From positions 1 to 64,000 of IMG/VR virus record IMGVR_UViG_3300021138_002011: a DNA stretch of 64,000 bases. One strand, written 5' to 3'. This DNA comes from a virus. Positions 56,008-64,000 of this stretch are shown in pieces; position 1 is the stretch's first letter, and each line of letters opens with the position of its first letter. A program made the position numbers and the translations under genes. The notes below the pieces were generated by a model that saw nothing but the letters and a program-made list of their open reading frames with translations, was not told the DNA's origin and ran no database searches.

Positions 56008-56342
56008 TTGATTTAACAGACTTTTAATATTGTAATCCAGCAATTATTGAGTACATGCTGCTATACAGTTAAACCGTCTCATTCAATACTATGTGCCCAT
56101 GCAGCAATTAACAGAGGATCTTCACGGTCCTGTGTTTTGTGCTGTATTTGATTCTAGACAGTTGGCAGAGTCTGTGCAACATCTATACGCTGTTATACGG
56201 AAATTAAAGTTGTCAAACAAAGGTGACAAAAATTAGATGACGTACCAAAGTCGATAGTCGGCTGGGCGTCATATATTGCAAACAAGCCAGTATCTATAAA
56301 CGATGTTAACGAAACATTAGATACGTTTGAAGATTGGTTAGA

Positions 56343-57029
56343 TCATAATAAATTGTAATACTGCGCCACTCGCTGCCACCAACGAGCAGTAAATTCTTCA
56401 AACTCGGCACCGTGTAACACCCAATGTTGAGGAGCATAGTCTTTTGAACACATTAGAATTACCCCCTGTTTAATATCTGTTCCGTATATTGCATTGTGCG
56501 CTGCGGCATAGGCTACTAACTGTGTTTTATAGTCAACTACTCGGTCATCTGTTTTAGGCCGATTAGTTTGTTTAAAATCAACAATGCTGGGCACACCTTT
56601 ATACACACCAAGCACGTCGGTAGTTCCTGCATACAACTCTGGATAGTAAAGATTAACTTCTAGACCCCACACTTCGTCTAGACACGGCCTAAGATAGTTT
56701 TCCAATATGACTTCTGCCATTTTAGAACTCTGCTTGTGATAAAAATTTGTACCAGGCTTAGGATTTTCGCCCTTTAGGTATCTTTCTAAAAACGAATGCA
56801 TAAGTGTGCCTCGAAATGCAGCTTCCTTGGTAATTTCGTCTGCCTTTTTTTCACCTATGCTGCGTCGCCACGCATCGAGTGCTTTTTTAGACTCTTCTGA
56901 TTTTGTTTTATCTAAAATAGTTGTAACCGACGGCAGTTTGCTTCCATGTGGGTCTACATACTTGCGACCGTCTTGACCACCGTCTTCTCTAACAAGTGGA
57001 GTATACTGGAATTTGTTTGATAGTATCAT
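56343..57029 (-). CDS. PD-(D/E)xK exonuclease
   Basis: PSVTTIL, RGT..H, YAGTTD, IVDFKQ, QLVAYA. Confidence 0.88.
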   Translation of the reverse strand: MILSNKFQYTPLVREDGGQDGRKYVDPHGSKLPSVTTILDKTKSEESKKALDAWRRSIGEKKADEITKEAAFRGTLMHSFLERYLKGENPKPGTNFYHKQSSKMAEVILENYLRPCLDEVWGLEVNLYYPELYAGTTDVLGVYKGVPSIVDFKQTNRPKTDDRVVDYKTQLVAYAAAHNAIYGTDIKQGVILMCSKDYAPQHWVLHGAEFEEFTARWWQRVAQYYNLL

Positions 57030-57062
57030 GTTTCTAATATTGTTGGTGTACCTGTCGAATAA

Positions 57063-57566
57063 CTATATTGTTTTCCCTAGTTTGTTAAGCCGTTCATGTT
57101 CTAATTTGTGCAAATCTGCAACAGTACCATCTGTAACATACACGCTGCACGCAATCATTTTTTTGTCAATGTCTCCTGTTACTTTTAACAGATTATTGCT
57201 TATTAAAATTTTGTTGTTGTACAGGTGCGCCCAGTACCAGCCGCACCTGGCGTTTAGCTCAGTGCTGCCTACCGGAATCCAAAAATCGTCTGTTGAAATT
57301 GTATAAATTTTACAAGGCACGTCTAGCCCGCTGTTAGTTGTCTTGCTAACAGCTTCCATTTTATCTGCTATTTTTTCAGCTATGGTAACTTTCTTTTGCT
57401 CAGCACCAAACTGATTGATCAAAAGTAGCCCGCGAATTACGTCAGGCTTTTCGTTTAATAGTTTAATCTCATCTTCGGTCATATATACCGATTTTGCAAC
57501 AAGTTCCTTTATTCTAGGTTTTTTGCTAGCCAGCAGCAGGGTGTCAGGGCTGTACATGCTTCTCAT
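57063..57566 (-). CDS. hypothetical protein
   Basis: ORF in a co-directional cluster. Confidence 0.55.
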   Translation of the reverse strand: MRSMYSPDTLLLASKKPRIKELVAKSVYMTEDEIKLLNEKPDVIRGLLLINQFGAEQKKVTIAEKIADKMEAVSKTTNSGLDVPCKIYTISTDDFWIPVGSTELNARCGWYWAHLYNNKILISNNLLKVTGDIDKKMIACSVYVTDGTVADLHKLEHERLNKLGKTI

Positions 57567-57576
57567 ATAATATATT

Positions 57577-58260
57577 TCACCATTGTAGAACCCAAGTGAA
57601 AGTATTGCCAGTACTGGTGTTGACTATACGATTGACAATATAACCCATTGATGCAAAATAGTTAATTACAGCGTTCATTTGGGTATTGTACGGAGGCGAC
57701 AACAACGGATTACTCATATTTGTTCCTTGCCATGCACCATAGTAATCTTGACTAGGATAGTATGCGTAAACGTAAAATGTTCCCGAGCCGACAGTAGTTA
57801 ATGTAATTGCAATTGGTCTTGGTTGAATTGCATTAGCATAGCTGGATGCTAGCATAATGGTATTTGTGTCTACGTAGATAACATAGTAGTATGTTGCCTG
57901 AGCTAGTGGAGACGGCAAACTGACTGTGCTGCTAACTGTGACAATATCCCCTGTGTTAAAAGGATGGTTAGTAATAGTCAGCATATTACCCGAAACAGTC
58001 CAGGTAAGTGGCGTAAACGGAGTGCTATAAGTCATAAGTGTGCCGTTTGACACCTGAGTCTGATACACCCCTTGCCCTATTGCAGCAAACACAGCTTGTT
58101 GAAGAGCATTGGTCTCCTTATTAATTGCTTCCTCTCCAGGCAGCGAACTTCTGGCGTCTATTGCATTATAAAATACCGGACTTGGCGGCGGGGATGGGTT
58201 ATATGCATAGTTATAGTAAAAACTAGTTTGATAATTGGCATTATTAAGCGCGCAAGACAT
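57577..58260 (-). CDS. putative virion structural protein
   Basis: NHPFNTGD.V...YYVI.VD.NTI.LA.S motif. Confidence 0.65.
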   Translation of the reverse strand: MSCALNNANYQTSFYYNYAYNPSPPPSPVFYNAIDARSSLPGEEAINKETNALQQAVFAAIGQGVYQTQVSNGTLMTYSTPFTPLTWTVSGNMLTITNHPFNTGDIVTVSSTVSLPSPLAQATYYYVIYVDTNTIMLASSYANAIQPRPIAITLTTVGSGTFYVYAYYPSQDYYGAWQGTNMSNPLLSPPYNTQMNAVINYFASMGYIVNRIVNTSTGNTFTWVLQW

Positions 58261-58295
58261 TTTATTCGGTCCTCATAATATGGTTACAATTGTTT

Positions 58296-58661
58296 TTACA
58301 ACGACAGTTCACCGGATTTCACTGCTTTGTCTGCTGCTTTTTCTGCAGTCTTATCAATCTTTTGTTGTTCCTTTTCCTCAGCTTTGTCGCTTAAAGGATC
58401 GGGAATGGTAGTTTTGAGCTTGATATGCTCAGGCCCACTTCGTTCTACTACGTCGATAAAAGGTGGTTTTGACAACACATTCATCAAGTTGTCGGCATCA
58501 ACGTCGTGATCTAAGCTGCGCATATATCTAACCGCGCCGTTGGGCCCGCTCATAGGAGCCCAAGGACTGTTTTTGTTGCGATACATAACAATGAAATCCA
58601 TAAGATCATTGTTGATATCTTGTATAACTGCACTTTCAAAAAGTATTTCTTTAATTAACAC
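58296..58661 (-). CDS. protein with (M)LIKEILFES leader
   Basis: Leader motif; GTG start; follows the 921-aa gene. Confidence 0.65.
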   Translation of the reverse strand: MLIKEILFESAVIQDINNDLMDFIVMYRNKNSPWAPMSGPNGAVRYMRSLDHDVDADNLMNVLSKPPFIDVVERSGPEHIKLKTTIPDPLSDKAEEKEQQKIDKTAEKAADKAVKSGELSL

Positions 58662-58664
58662 GTA

Positions 58665-61430
58665 TCAAGCCTTTAACTTTTTGTTTATAGCAGCGTCAAA
58701 TGTTTCAGGTTCGACTAAACGAATATTTGAAATTTTGATACCATGCAGATCTAACCAATAGCTTCGTGTTGCAGCATTTTCAAACATTTTTTTAGCTTTA
58801 CGTCCAGATTTTGTTTCGTATATAATGCCATAAGGTGTTTGATTTTTGACTGTAGTCAAATCTTTGGCTTTGTTAAGCATTTCTATGCTCTTCAACATTC
58901 CAATTACACCTTCTTGCATGAGTTGACGCACAACGCTGGTTTGCTCGGTTATTTTCTTTTGTGCAGCAATCATTTGTTGACGAATTGCCTCACCTTCTAA
59001 GCCATAACCTACATTCAACGGATCAGTTGTTTTGCCTTCTGCAATCATCTTTTTAAAATTAGTTTTGTGTGCAGCCATGCTATCTGACAGCGCACTAAAA
59101 ACCTGCTTGGCTTCACTTAATGCTGCAACAGCCTGGCTATAGCCTTCTTTTTTTGGTCCAAATTCTTTCCATGCTGTAGCATAAAGGACTTTTTCCCAGT
59201 TTTTGCCATAGCGTTTTTTAAAAGCAGCCTTTTGATCACGTATAAACTTTTCGGCGGTTTTACCTGGAGGAGCTACTTCTTCTATAGTATTCTCAACAAC
59301 TGGAGCATCGCTGTAAATTTTTGTTATGTCTTCCCACTTCTTATCAGCATCGCTTGGCTTAGCCTTTTGATTTGCCATGTTCTTTTTGTATCCTGGCCAT
59401 GTTTCAGATACTTGCTGGTCTTTTATCTTTCCCCACGAGTCTTTTTGTTTTGCACGAATAGCAAAATTCAGTTGTTTAACTGTTTTTTGTTCAGCGGCAC
59501 TACGTTCTTCTTTTTTCATAAGTTTAGCTTTTTTAGCTTTTAGTTCAGCTATGGTATAGCCATCCCATTTTCCCATATCTTTCTTAGCAGTGTGCATTTC
59601 TGTGCCCCAAGCCTCTTGCATTATTTGCATAGTAGCACCGCACTCATTGCAACACATCTTGCCGTTAGATGCTTCCATGTATGTACCTACTCCACATTCG
59701 TTGCAGGTCATCTTGCCTTCGGATACTGGCTTTTTAGCCCGGCCTAATGCAGCCTCGGGAGCAACTGGCTCTTCCTCTGTGTTTTTTGGACCTAGTGCAG
59801 ACATGTCTGCACTTATATCTGTATCATCTGGCGGAGACTCTGGAGAACCTGCTTGCTCTATATCTGATTTTTCAGCTGGTACGCCTCCACCTTGTAAGGT
59901 GGTTATGGCAGCATCAATAGTTTCTTTGGTGTCAGTTGTTACACTGAGCAAGTTGTCAAGTGCTGCTTTTACAGTATCATTAAAACCCGACGCAGCCTCA
60001 ACACCAAACTGTGTACGCATGCTGTCAACTAACGGCATTAGTTCGTTTACTCCAAGTTTAGCTGTATCTTCGGCCATATCTTGAACTTTGCCTGCCATAG
60101 TTTTGGCATTGATTATCAGCGTAGCCTTGGCCAGCTCTTCGTTATTTGGATCAGCATCTTCTACCAACTGCGATTCGGCTATGGCATTTCTTTTGGCACG
60201 GCGTGCTTCAGTAAAATGATCATCTAGTGCATGTTGTTCAAATTGAACGTAATCCATGTAATGCTTGCTGCTACTGATACATTCACTTGCAGTGGTGAGT
60301 TTCATTGCTACCCACCCTTCGAGTTTGTCGCCGGGCTGAATAAGATTAAACAGCTTTGTGCTATATTCAACTATAAGCATTAGGTTTTCTCTGGCAATAC
60401 TGCCACTGGTCTCTCCTAATTCTACATCGTTGTCAATGTCTTCTGGTAACTGATCAGGTTCAAATTTTTTGTAGTAGTCTAGATAATGGTATACTTTATC
60501 TAACATGTTTGCAGATTTTGTAAGGCACGCAGCAATCCATGGTTGAATTTCAGCATTAGGATCAACTTGCTTCAACATGCTCATTGCATATTTTGCATTT
60601 CGGTAAAGTTCGCTTCTAGCCATGCTAGCTTGATATTCGTAATGATGTGCCTGACTAAATGTTGCGTTTCCCGGCATGACCGGTGTGTCAATTACCTGCG
60701 GCTCTAATGTATTGCGTTCGTTTAGTTGCTCGTGAACGTTGTCCATACCTGGGTTAGCGGTTTTGCTTGGTTTGGCTGTCATTATTGACAGTGTTTCATC
60801 TGTGTCAACCGTTGGCAGCGTAGCAACATGTGCCATTCTTTTTGTTAACAAATTTTGGCCAAATTGTTTGATACCATCATTTATCATGTTAGTAACATTG
60901 ATTGGACGAGTAAGCCCTTTGATCCACAGCATGATATCCTTTTCGTCTGGAGTTAGGTCACTTACTCCAGAGGCAAATGGTGTTCCTTTGCTGGATAACT
61001 TATCTGCAATACTAGACAGTGCATTTGAAAATGCAGTTGCAGCGTGGGTTGTCTGTGGTATTTTAGCTGATATATCTGCTAACTGGGTTGAAATTGTTGG
61101 TTTACCTTGCATGGATTCTTCCGTTGTGGATTCGTTCATCTTTAACTTACGTCTACGTTTTGGCCCAATCTCTGTGAGCATAATTTTCATAGCTTCCAAT
61201 ATCAACATTGCCTTTGTATATTGTGGATTTTGTTGATATGAATTAAAGCTGCTTTCGGAAACAATCTTGTTTCTAGTTGATTCCCATGCTGACTGGCATT
61301 CTTTAATTGCAAATTCTGCTGTTGGGCTGCCAAGATCTATTTTAATATGGACACCATGAACATCCTTCAGAGTTGCCAGGACTTGTTGCAGTCTTACCTG
61401 GGATGTGGATTCAAACTGATTTAGATACAT
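58665..61430 (-). CDS. large modular putative prohead core/internal polyprotein
   Basis: Over 20 xxE|(S/A/G/T/D) sites, tandem SMAR/SIAR..W...LT repeat, CNEC x2, FAIRAK module, APPG..YATAWK module; ATAAATA upstream. Confidence 0.7.
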   Translation of the reverse strand: MYLNQFESTSQVRLQQVLATLKDVHGVHIKIDLGSPTAEFAIKECQSAWESTRNKIVSESSFNSYQQNPQYTKAMLILEAMKIMLTEIGPKRRRKLKMNESTTEESMQGKPTISTQLADISAKIPQTTHAATAFSNALSSIADKLSSKGTPFASGVSDLTPDEKDIMLWIKGLTRPINVTNMINDGIKQFGQNLLTKRMAHVATLPTVDTDETLSIMTAKPSKTANPGMDNVHEQLNERNTLEPQVIDTPVMPGNATFSQAHHYEYQASMARSELYRNAKYAMSMLKQVDPNAEIQPWIAACLTKSANMLDKVYHYLDYYKKFEPDQLPEDIDNDVELGETSGSIARENLMLIVEYSTKLFNLIQPGDKLEGWVAMKLTTASECISSSKHYMDYVQFEQHALDDHFTEARRAKRNAIAESQLVEDADPNNEELAKATLIINAKTMAGKVQDMAEDTAKLGVNELMPLVDSMRTQFGVEAASGFNDTVKAALDNLLSVTTDTKETIDAAITTLQGGGVPAEKSDIEQAGSPESPPDDTDISADMSALGPKNTEEEPVAPEAALGRAKKPVSEGKMTCNECGVGTYMEASNGKMCCNECGATMQIMQEAWGTEMHTAKKDMGKWDGYTIAELKAKKAKLMKKEERSAAEQKTVKQLNFAIRAKQKDSWGKIKDQQVSETWPGYKKNMANQKAKPSDADKKWEDITKIYSDAPVVENTIEEVAPPGKTAEKFIRDQKAAFKKRYGKNWEKVLYATAWKEFGPKKEGYSQAVAALSEAKQVFSALSDSMAAHKTNFKKMIAEGKTTDPLNVGYGLEGEAIRQQMIAAQKKITEQTSVVRQLMQEGVIGMLKSIEMLNKAKDLTTVKNQTPYGIIYETKSGRKAKKMFENAATRSYWLDLHGIKISNIRLVEPETFDAAINKKLKA

Positions 61431-61499
61431 GTGATTAGATCTCCTGGCCGCGCGGGCCTTCCGCTGTTTGGTTATTTATGTCAAACAGCTATAGAGTAA

Positions 61500-61817
61500 C
61501 TAGATTGAAAATGAAGTTCCACATCCGCAGGTGCTAATTGCACTAGGGATATCTACAGTAAAGTAAGATCCGCTGAGATTATTTTTGTAATCTATAACAG
61601 CGTCATCTATAATATCGAGACTAACAGGGTCAACAACTAATTTACCCACACCCATTTCCAAAATTATGTCATCGTCTGCTATATCGGTTGTTAGATCCCA
61701 CGATTTTGAAAAACCCTGGCAGCCGCCGCTGTTAATTGCTAAACGTACTGCACTGCCAGTGGTTTCACATAACGTGTTTATCTGTTTAATAGCAGACTCT
61801 GTTACTTTAACGGGCAT
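61500..61817 (-). CDS. IscA/HesB-family Fe-S carrier
   Basis: GGCQGF, DY...L.GS.F, CGCGTSF. Confidence 0.92.
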   Translation of the reverse strand: MPVKVTESAIKQINTLCETTGSAVRLAINSGGCQGFSKSWDLTTDIADDDIILEMGVGKLVVDPVSLDIIDDAVIDYKNNLSGSYFTVDIPSAISTCGCGTSFSI

Positions 61818-62466
61818 TTCCGGCCAACATTTTAATTGACTTTTTGGCAATCATGCAACGATCCATACTTGCTTGTAATCGACTTTCATAAATGTCTCTT
61901 TTTGAAGCATCTTTAACTGTAAGCAGTCGACGTTTGTATGTAATTGCATCAACCTTGTGGCTTGTATATGTAGTGTCAGCTTCAAATAGTTTTCTTACAG
62001 CAATGTCATTTGTAAACTTACCTGAGTTGAGTAGTCTTATTACAGCAAGCGCAGTTTCATACAAACTTATGTCGTCGGCTATAGTATCATTTGTCAGGCT
62101 GTTATAAATGCTGTAAAACTGTTTGCCGGCAATACGAGTTGTATCTTCTTTTATTAAAATTTGATAGCGTCCGACTTTAACACCGTTGGTTAACCGTTCA
62201 GTGGTTAATGCTTCTGCAACATCGTTACGCTGGGTTGATTCAGTTATCATATCGTCTACAACATGATTACTTAGATTGTTCAGTCGAGATAATACAGATG
62301 CCATTGCAGTAACATCTGCAGATGTAACTTGTCCTGGCCCTGCTAACTCAACAGAACTGTATGTTTCTGTAATCTGAGTTGAATTGCGAGAAGGTGGTAG
62401 AGGGTTGCCTTCCATAATGCTTTTAAGCCGCTGCATTGCGTCTCGGTCTTCCTGTGTTACTGCCAT
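61807..62466 (-). CDS. conserved phage protein (probable head-associated)
   Basis: IME|G, ITE|S sites; D.SLYETA motif. Confidence 0.65.
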   Translation of the reverse strand: MAVTQEDRDAMQRLKSIMEGNPLPPSRNSTQITETYSSVELAGPGQVTSADVTAMASVLSRLNNLSNHVVDDMITESTQRNDVAEALTTERLTNGVKVGRYQILIKEDTTRIAGKQFYSIYNSLTNDTIADDISLYETALAVIRLLNSGKFTNDIAVRKLFEADTTYTSHKVDAITYKRRLLTVKDASKRDIYESRLQASMDRCMIAKKSIKMLAGNAR

Positions 62467-62467
62467 A

Positions 62468-62698
62468 TTAGCTCTCCCATAGATCCTCAAGATCGTTTAC
62501 TACAAAACATAGATTACCTTCGTAAACGAGTCTGGTCAATAAACCTCTTTTTACAAGATTCCTTGCAAGCTCTTGCTCGCGTTCATCTAGTATTGCTTTA
62601 GGAAGTGGACCATCATACCCTCTAACTCGTTCTACAATAACGTTTTCTTCATTGCTCACAGGTTGTAAAAAGCCACCTCGCACTTCAATAAATTTCAA
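62468..62698 (-). CDS. conserved phage hypothetical protein
   Basis: SNEE...LDEREQELA..LV.RG.L; GGAGA RBS. Confidence 0.7.
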   Translation of the reverse strand: MKFIEVRGGFLQPVSNEENVIVERVRGYDGPLPKAILDEREQELARNLVKRGLLTRLVYEGNLCFVVNDLEDLWES

Positions 62699-62711
62699 GT
62701 GGTATTCTCCG

Positions 62712-63395
62712 TTACTTGGCTTGAGTCATGCTTTTAGCAGCAGTCATTAGTGCTGCTCCTAATCCAACTGCCATATTAATTTTGTTTTCAAGATCAGATG
62801 TAACCTTGCCGCGTAATGGTTCGACTTGACTTTCGAGCCCTACCATAATTTGGCCAATAGTTGCAAGACGAGCTGCATCTGGATTGTTGCGATACTCGCC
62901 GTTTAAGTTTGCGTTAAATAGTTGCTGAAACATGTTTGTAGAGTCTGCTTCTTCTATTTCTTCAGTTTCAACTACAGGTTCTACAATGGTTGGTGTGCCG
63001 ATTCCAGCAAGCTGCATTATTCTGTTAATTGGATTAAGCGGTTGCATACCACCTAACACACCCTCATCAAGACGTTCTAGTCTAGATACTAACACCATTT
63101 TTGTACGCCCTTCAAATAGTATGCCAATGGTTCCGTTTGGTCCTTTTGGTACTGTAACTTCAACTGCATGAGATTCGTAAACAGCGATGTCGCCCTTTTC
63201 CCAGGTTATGCATTGTTCGGTATCTACTTCGTTTATGCGTAATTGGTGTTTGGCCTTACGACTCCAACGATCGTTTTCTGTATTCCATAAAACTAAATCT
63301 TCGTTGGTTTGTTCAGCTACTATTTTCATAGGTTTCATGTCAGTGTCCTCCGTTGTTCCACGCACTTGTGCAATGTAATCTAAAAATGTCTTCAT
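62712..63395 (-). CDS. protein with T4-CTS-like leader MKTFLDYI
   Basis: Leader resembles T4 IP MKTYQEFI; RIMQLAGI motif. Confidence 0.65.
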   Translation of the reverse strand: MKTFLDYIAQVRGTTEDTDMKPMKIVAEQTNEDLVLWNTENDRWSRKAKHQLRINEVDTEQCITWEKGDIAVYESHAVEVTVPKGPNGTIGILFEGRTKMVLVSRLERLDEGVLGGMQPLNPINRIMQLAGIGTPTIVEPVVETEEIEEADSTNMFQQLFNANLNGEYRNNPDAARLATIGQIMVGLESQVEPLRGKVTSDLENKINMAVGLGAALMTAAKSMTQAK

Positions 63396-63550
63396 GATCG
63401 GTCCTTGCTTATTGGAAACATTGGTTTTTCAGACTGATCGTTGTCGGTAGTCTGCATAAGTTCACGCGCAACATGAATAAGCTTACCATCCTTGCGAAGG
63501 ATAGCTATTTCTGTTGGTATATTTGATTTGAAAAAATGATCTAATAACAT
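63392..63550 (-). CDS. 52-aa protein
   Basis: ATAAATA at 63558-63564; ATGA-coupled to the next gene. Confidence 0.4.
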   Translation of the reverse strand: MLLDHFFKSNIPTEIAILRKDGKLIHVARELMQTTDNDQSEKPMFPISKDRS

Positions 63551-63575
63551 GATTCGATATTTATTACTATATCAC

Positions 63576-63602
63576 AAAGAAAGGCGCATTGCTGCGCCTT
63601 TC
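63576..63602 (-). terminator. intrinsic terminator
   Basis: GAAAGGCGCA-GCAA-TGCGCCTTTC followed by TTT. Confidence 0.75.
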
Positions 63603-63630
63603 CTGAATAATATGTGCGTTAAAGGCAATA

Positions 63631-64000
63631 TTACGGAGTTGGTAGTGCGTTCTGATTTGGAACGTTTGGTGACCCAGCGTTTGCCAATGTTGCAACATAG
63701 GCAACTGTGTTGATGATTGTCTGAGAAGAACCATTAACAGTTGCTGGATTAACAATGAACGAGTTTGTGTTAACGTTCACAGTCTGTCCGCTTAGCGATG
63801 TTACTGTACCTGTTGTTGTTGACAGGTCAAGAACTTCACTTTGTAAGTCAAATACTGGTACGCCAGCTGCTGTAGCACTGTTCAATGCATCTAGGAACTG
63901 ATAGCCAGTTGTGTTGCTGTCCCAGCTTGCGCTGTCAACAGTTGATCCACTTACATACCAATAACCAGTGCGCTCAGTGATAAATTTGATGTAATAAACA
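63631..64000 (-). CDS. 3' part of a probable virion protein
   Basis: Frame open to the window end (VYYIKFITERTGYW...); T/N/S-rich. Confidence 0.6.
   Translation of the reverse strand, partial: VYYIKFITERTGYWYVSGSTVDSASWDSNTTGYQFLDALNSATAAGVPVFDLQSEVLDLSTTTGTVTSLSGQTVNVNTNSFIVNPATVNGSSQTIINTVAYVATLANAGSPNVPNQNALPTP

Noticed and set aside
56010-56340. Possible ncRNA or small gene between cca and the exonuclease
   Set aside because: Only short ORFs without RBS and no convincing structure
56343-57029. Cas4 / CRISPR adaptation
   Set aside because: No Fe-S cysteines, cas genes or array; common phage exonuclease
1-64000. Bacterial chromosome (prs, clpX, infC, tilS, cca present)
   Set aside because: T4-type late promoters, phage topoisomerase, virion genes and absence of normal operon contexts (no clpP, rpmI-rplT) indicate a phage
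1-64000. CRISPR array or alternative genetic code
   Set aside because: No regularly spaced repeats seen; conserved genes are full length in code 11

Overview
This is a 64-kb segment of a large, AT-rich dsDNA myovirus of the T4 superfamily or jumbo-phage type, in the standard genetic code. Evidence for a phage: T4-type TATAAATA late promoters, gp39/60- and gp52-type topoisomerase, NrdAB, virion genes and free-standing homing endonucleases. The host is inferred to be an alphaproteobacterium from the permuted two-piece tmRNA with an ANDN...AA tag, the alpha-type Prs/CCA/Smr proteins and a ROSE-like leader. Highlights: (1) nrdA is fractured into three genes rejoined by two different split inteins, one atypically split, and the topoisomerase large subunit is fractured by a third split intein; every break holds an endonuclease gene. 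(2) A family of late proteins shares an N-terminal M-K/R/L-I-x-E-(I/L) leader and many (L/I/V)-x-E sites. They look like capsid-packaged, prohead-protease-processed modular polyproteins carrying ART-like, YafQ-like, HsdS-like and HiPIP-like cargo, with modules shared between genes. (3) An NAD+ recycling set (NadV, NadM-Nudix, Prs) whose two core genes share an identical two-hairpin RBS-occluding leader. (4) A translation/proteostasis kit: tmRNA, Smr, ClpX, ClpS, IF3, bS21, TilS, CCA enzyme, and Hsp20 with a ROSE-like thermometer. (5) A CHASE2 adenylate cyclase, SpeD plus agmatinase, four cell-wall hydrolases and four glycosyltransferases. All family assignments come from motif recognition by eye; no searches were run.
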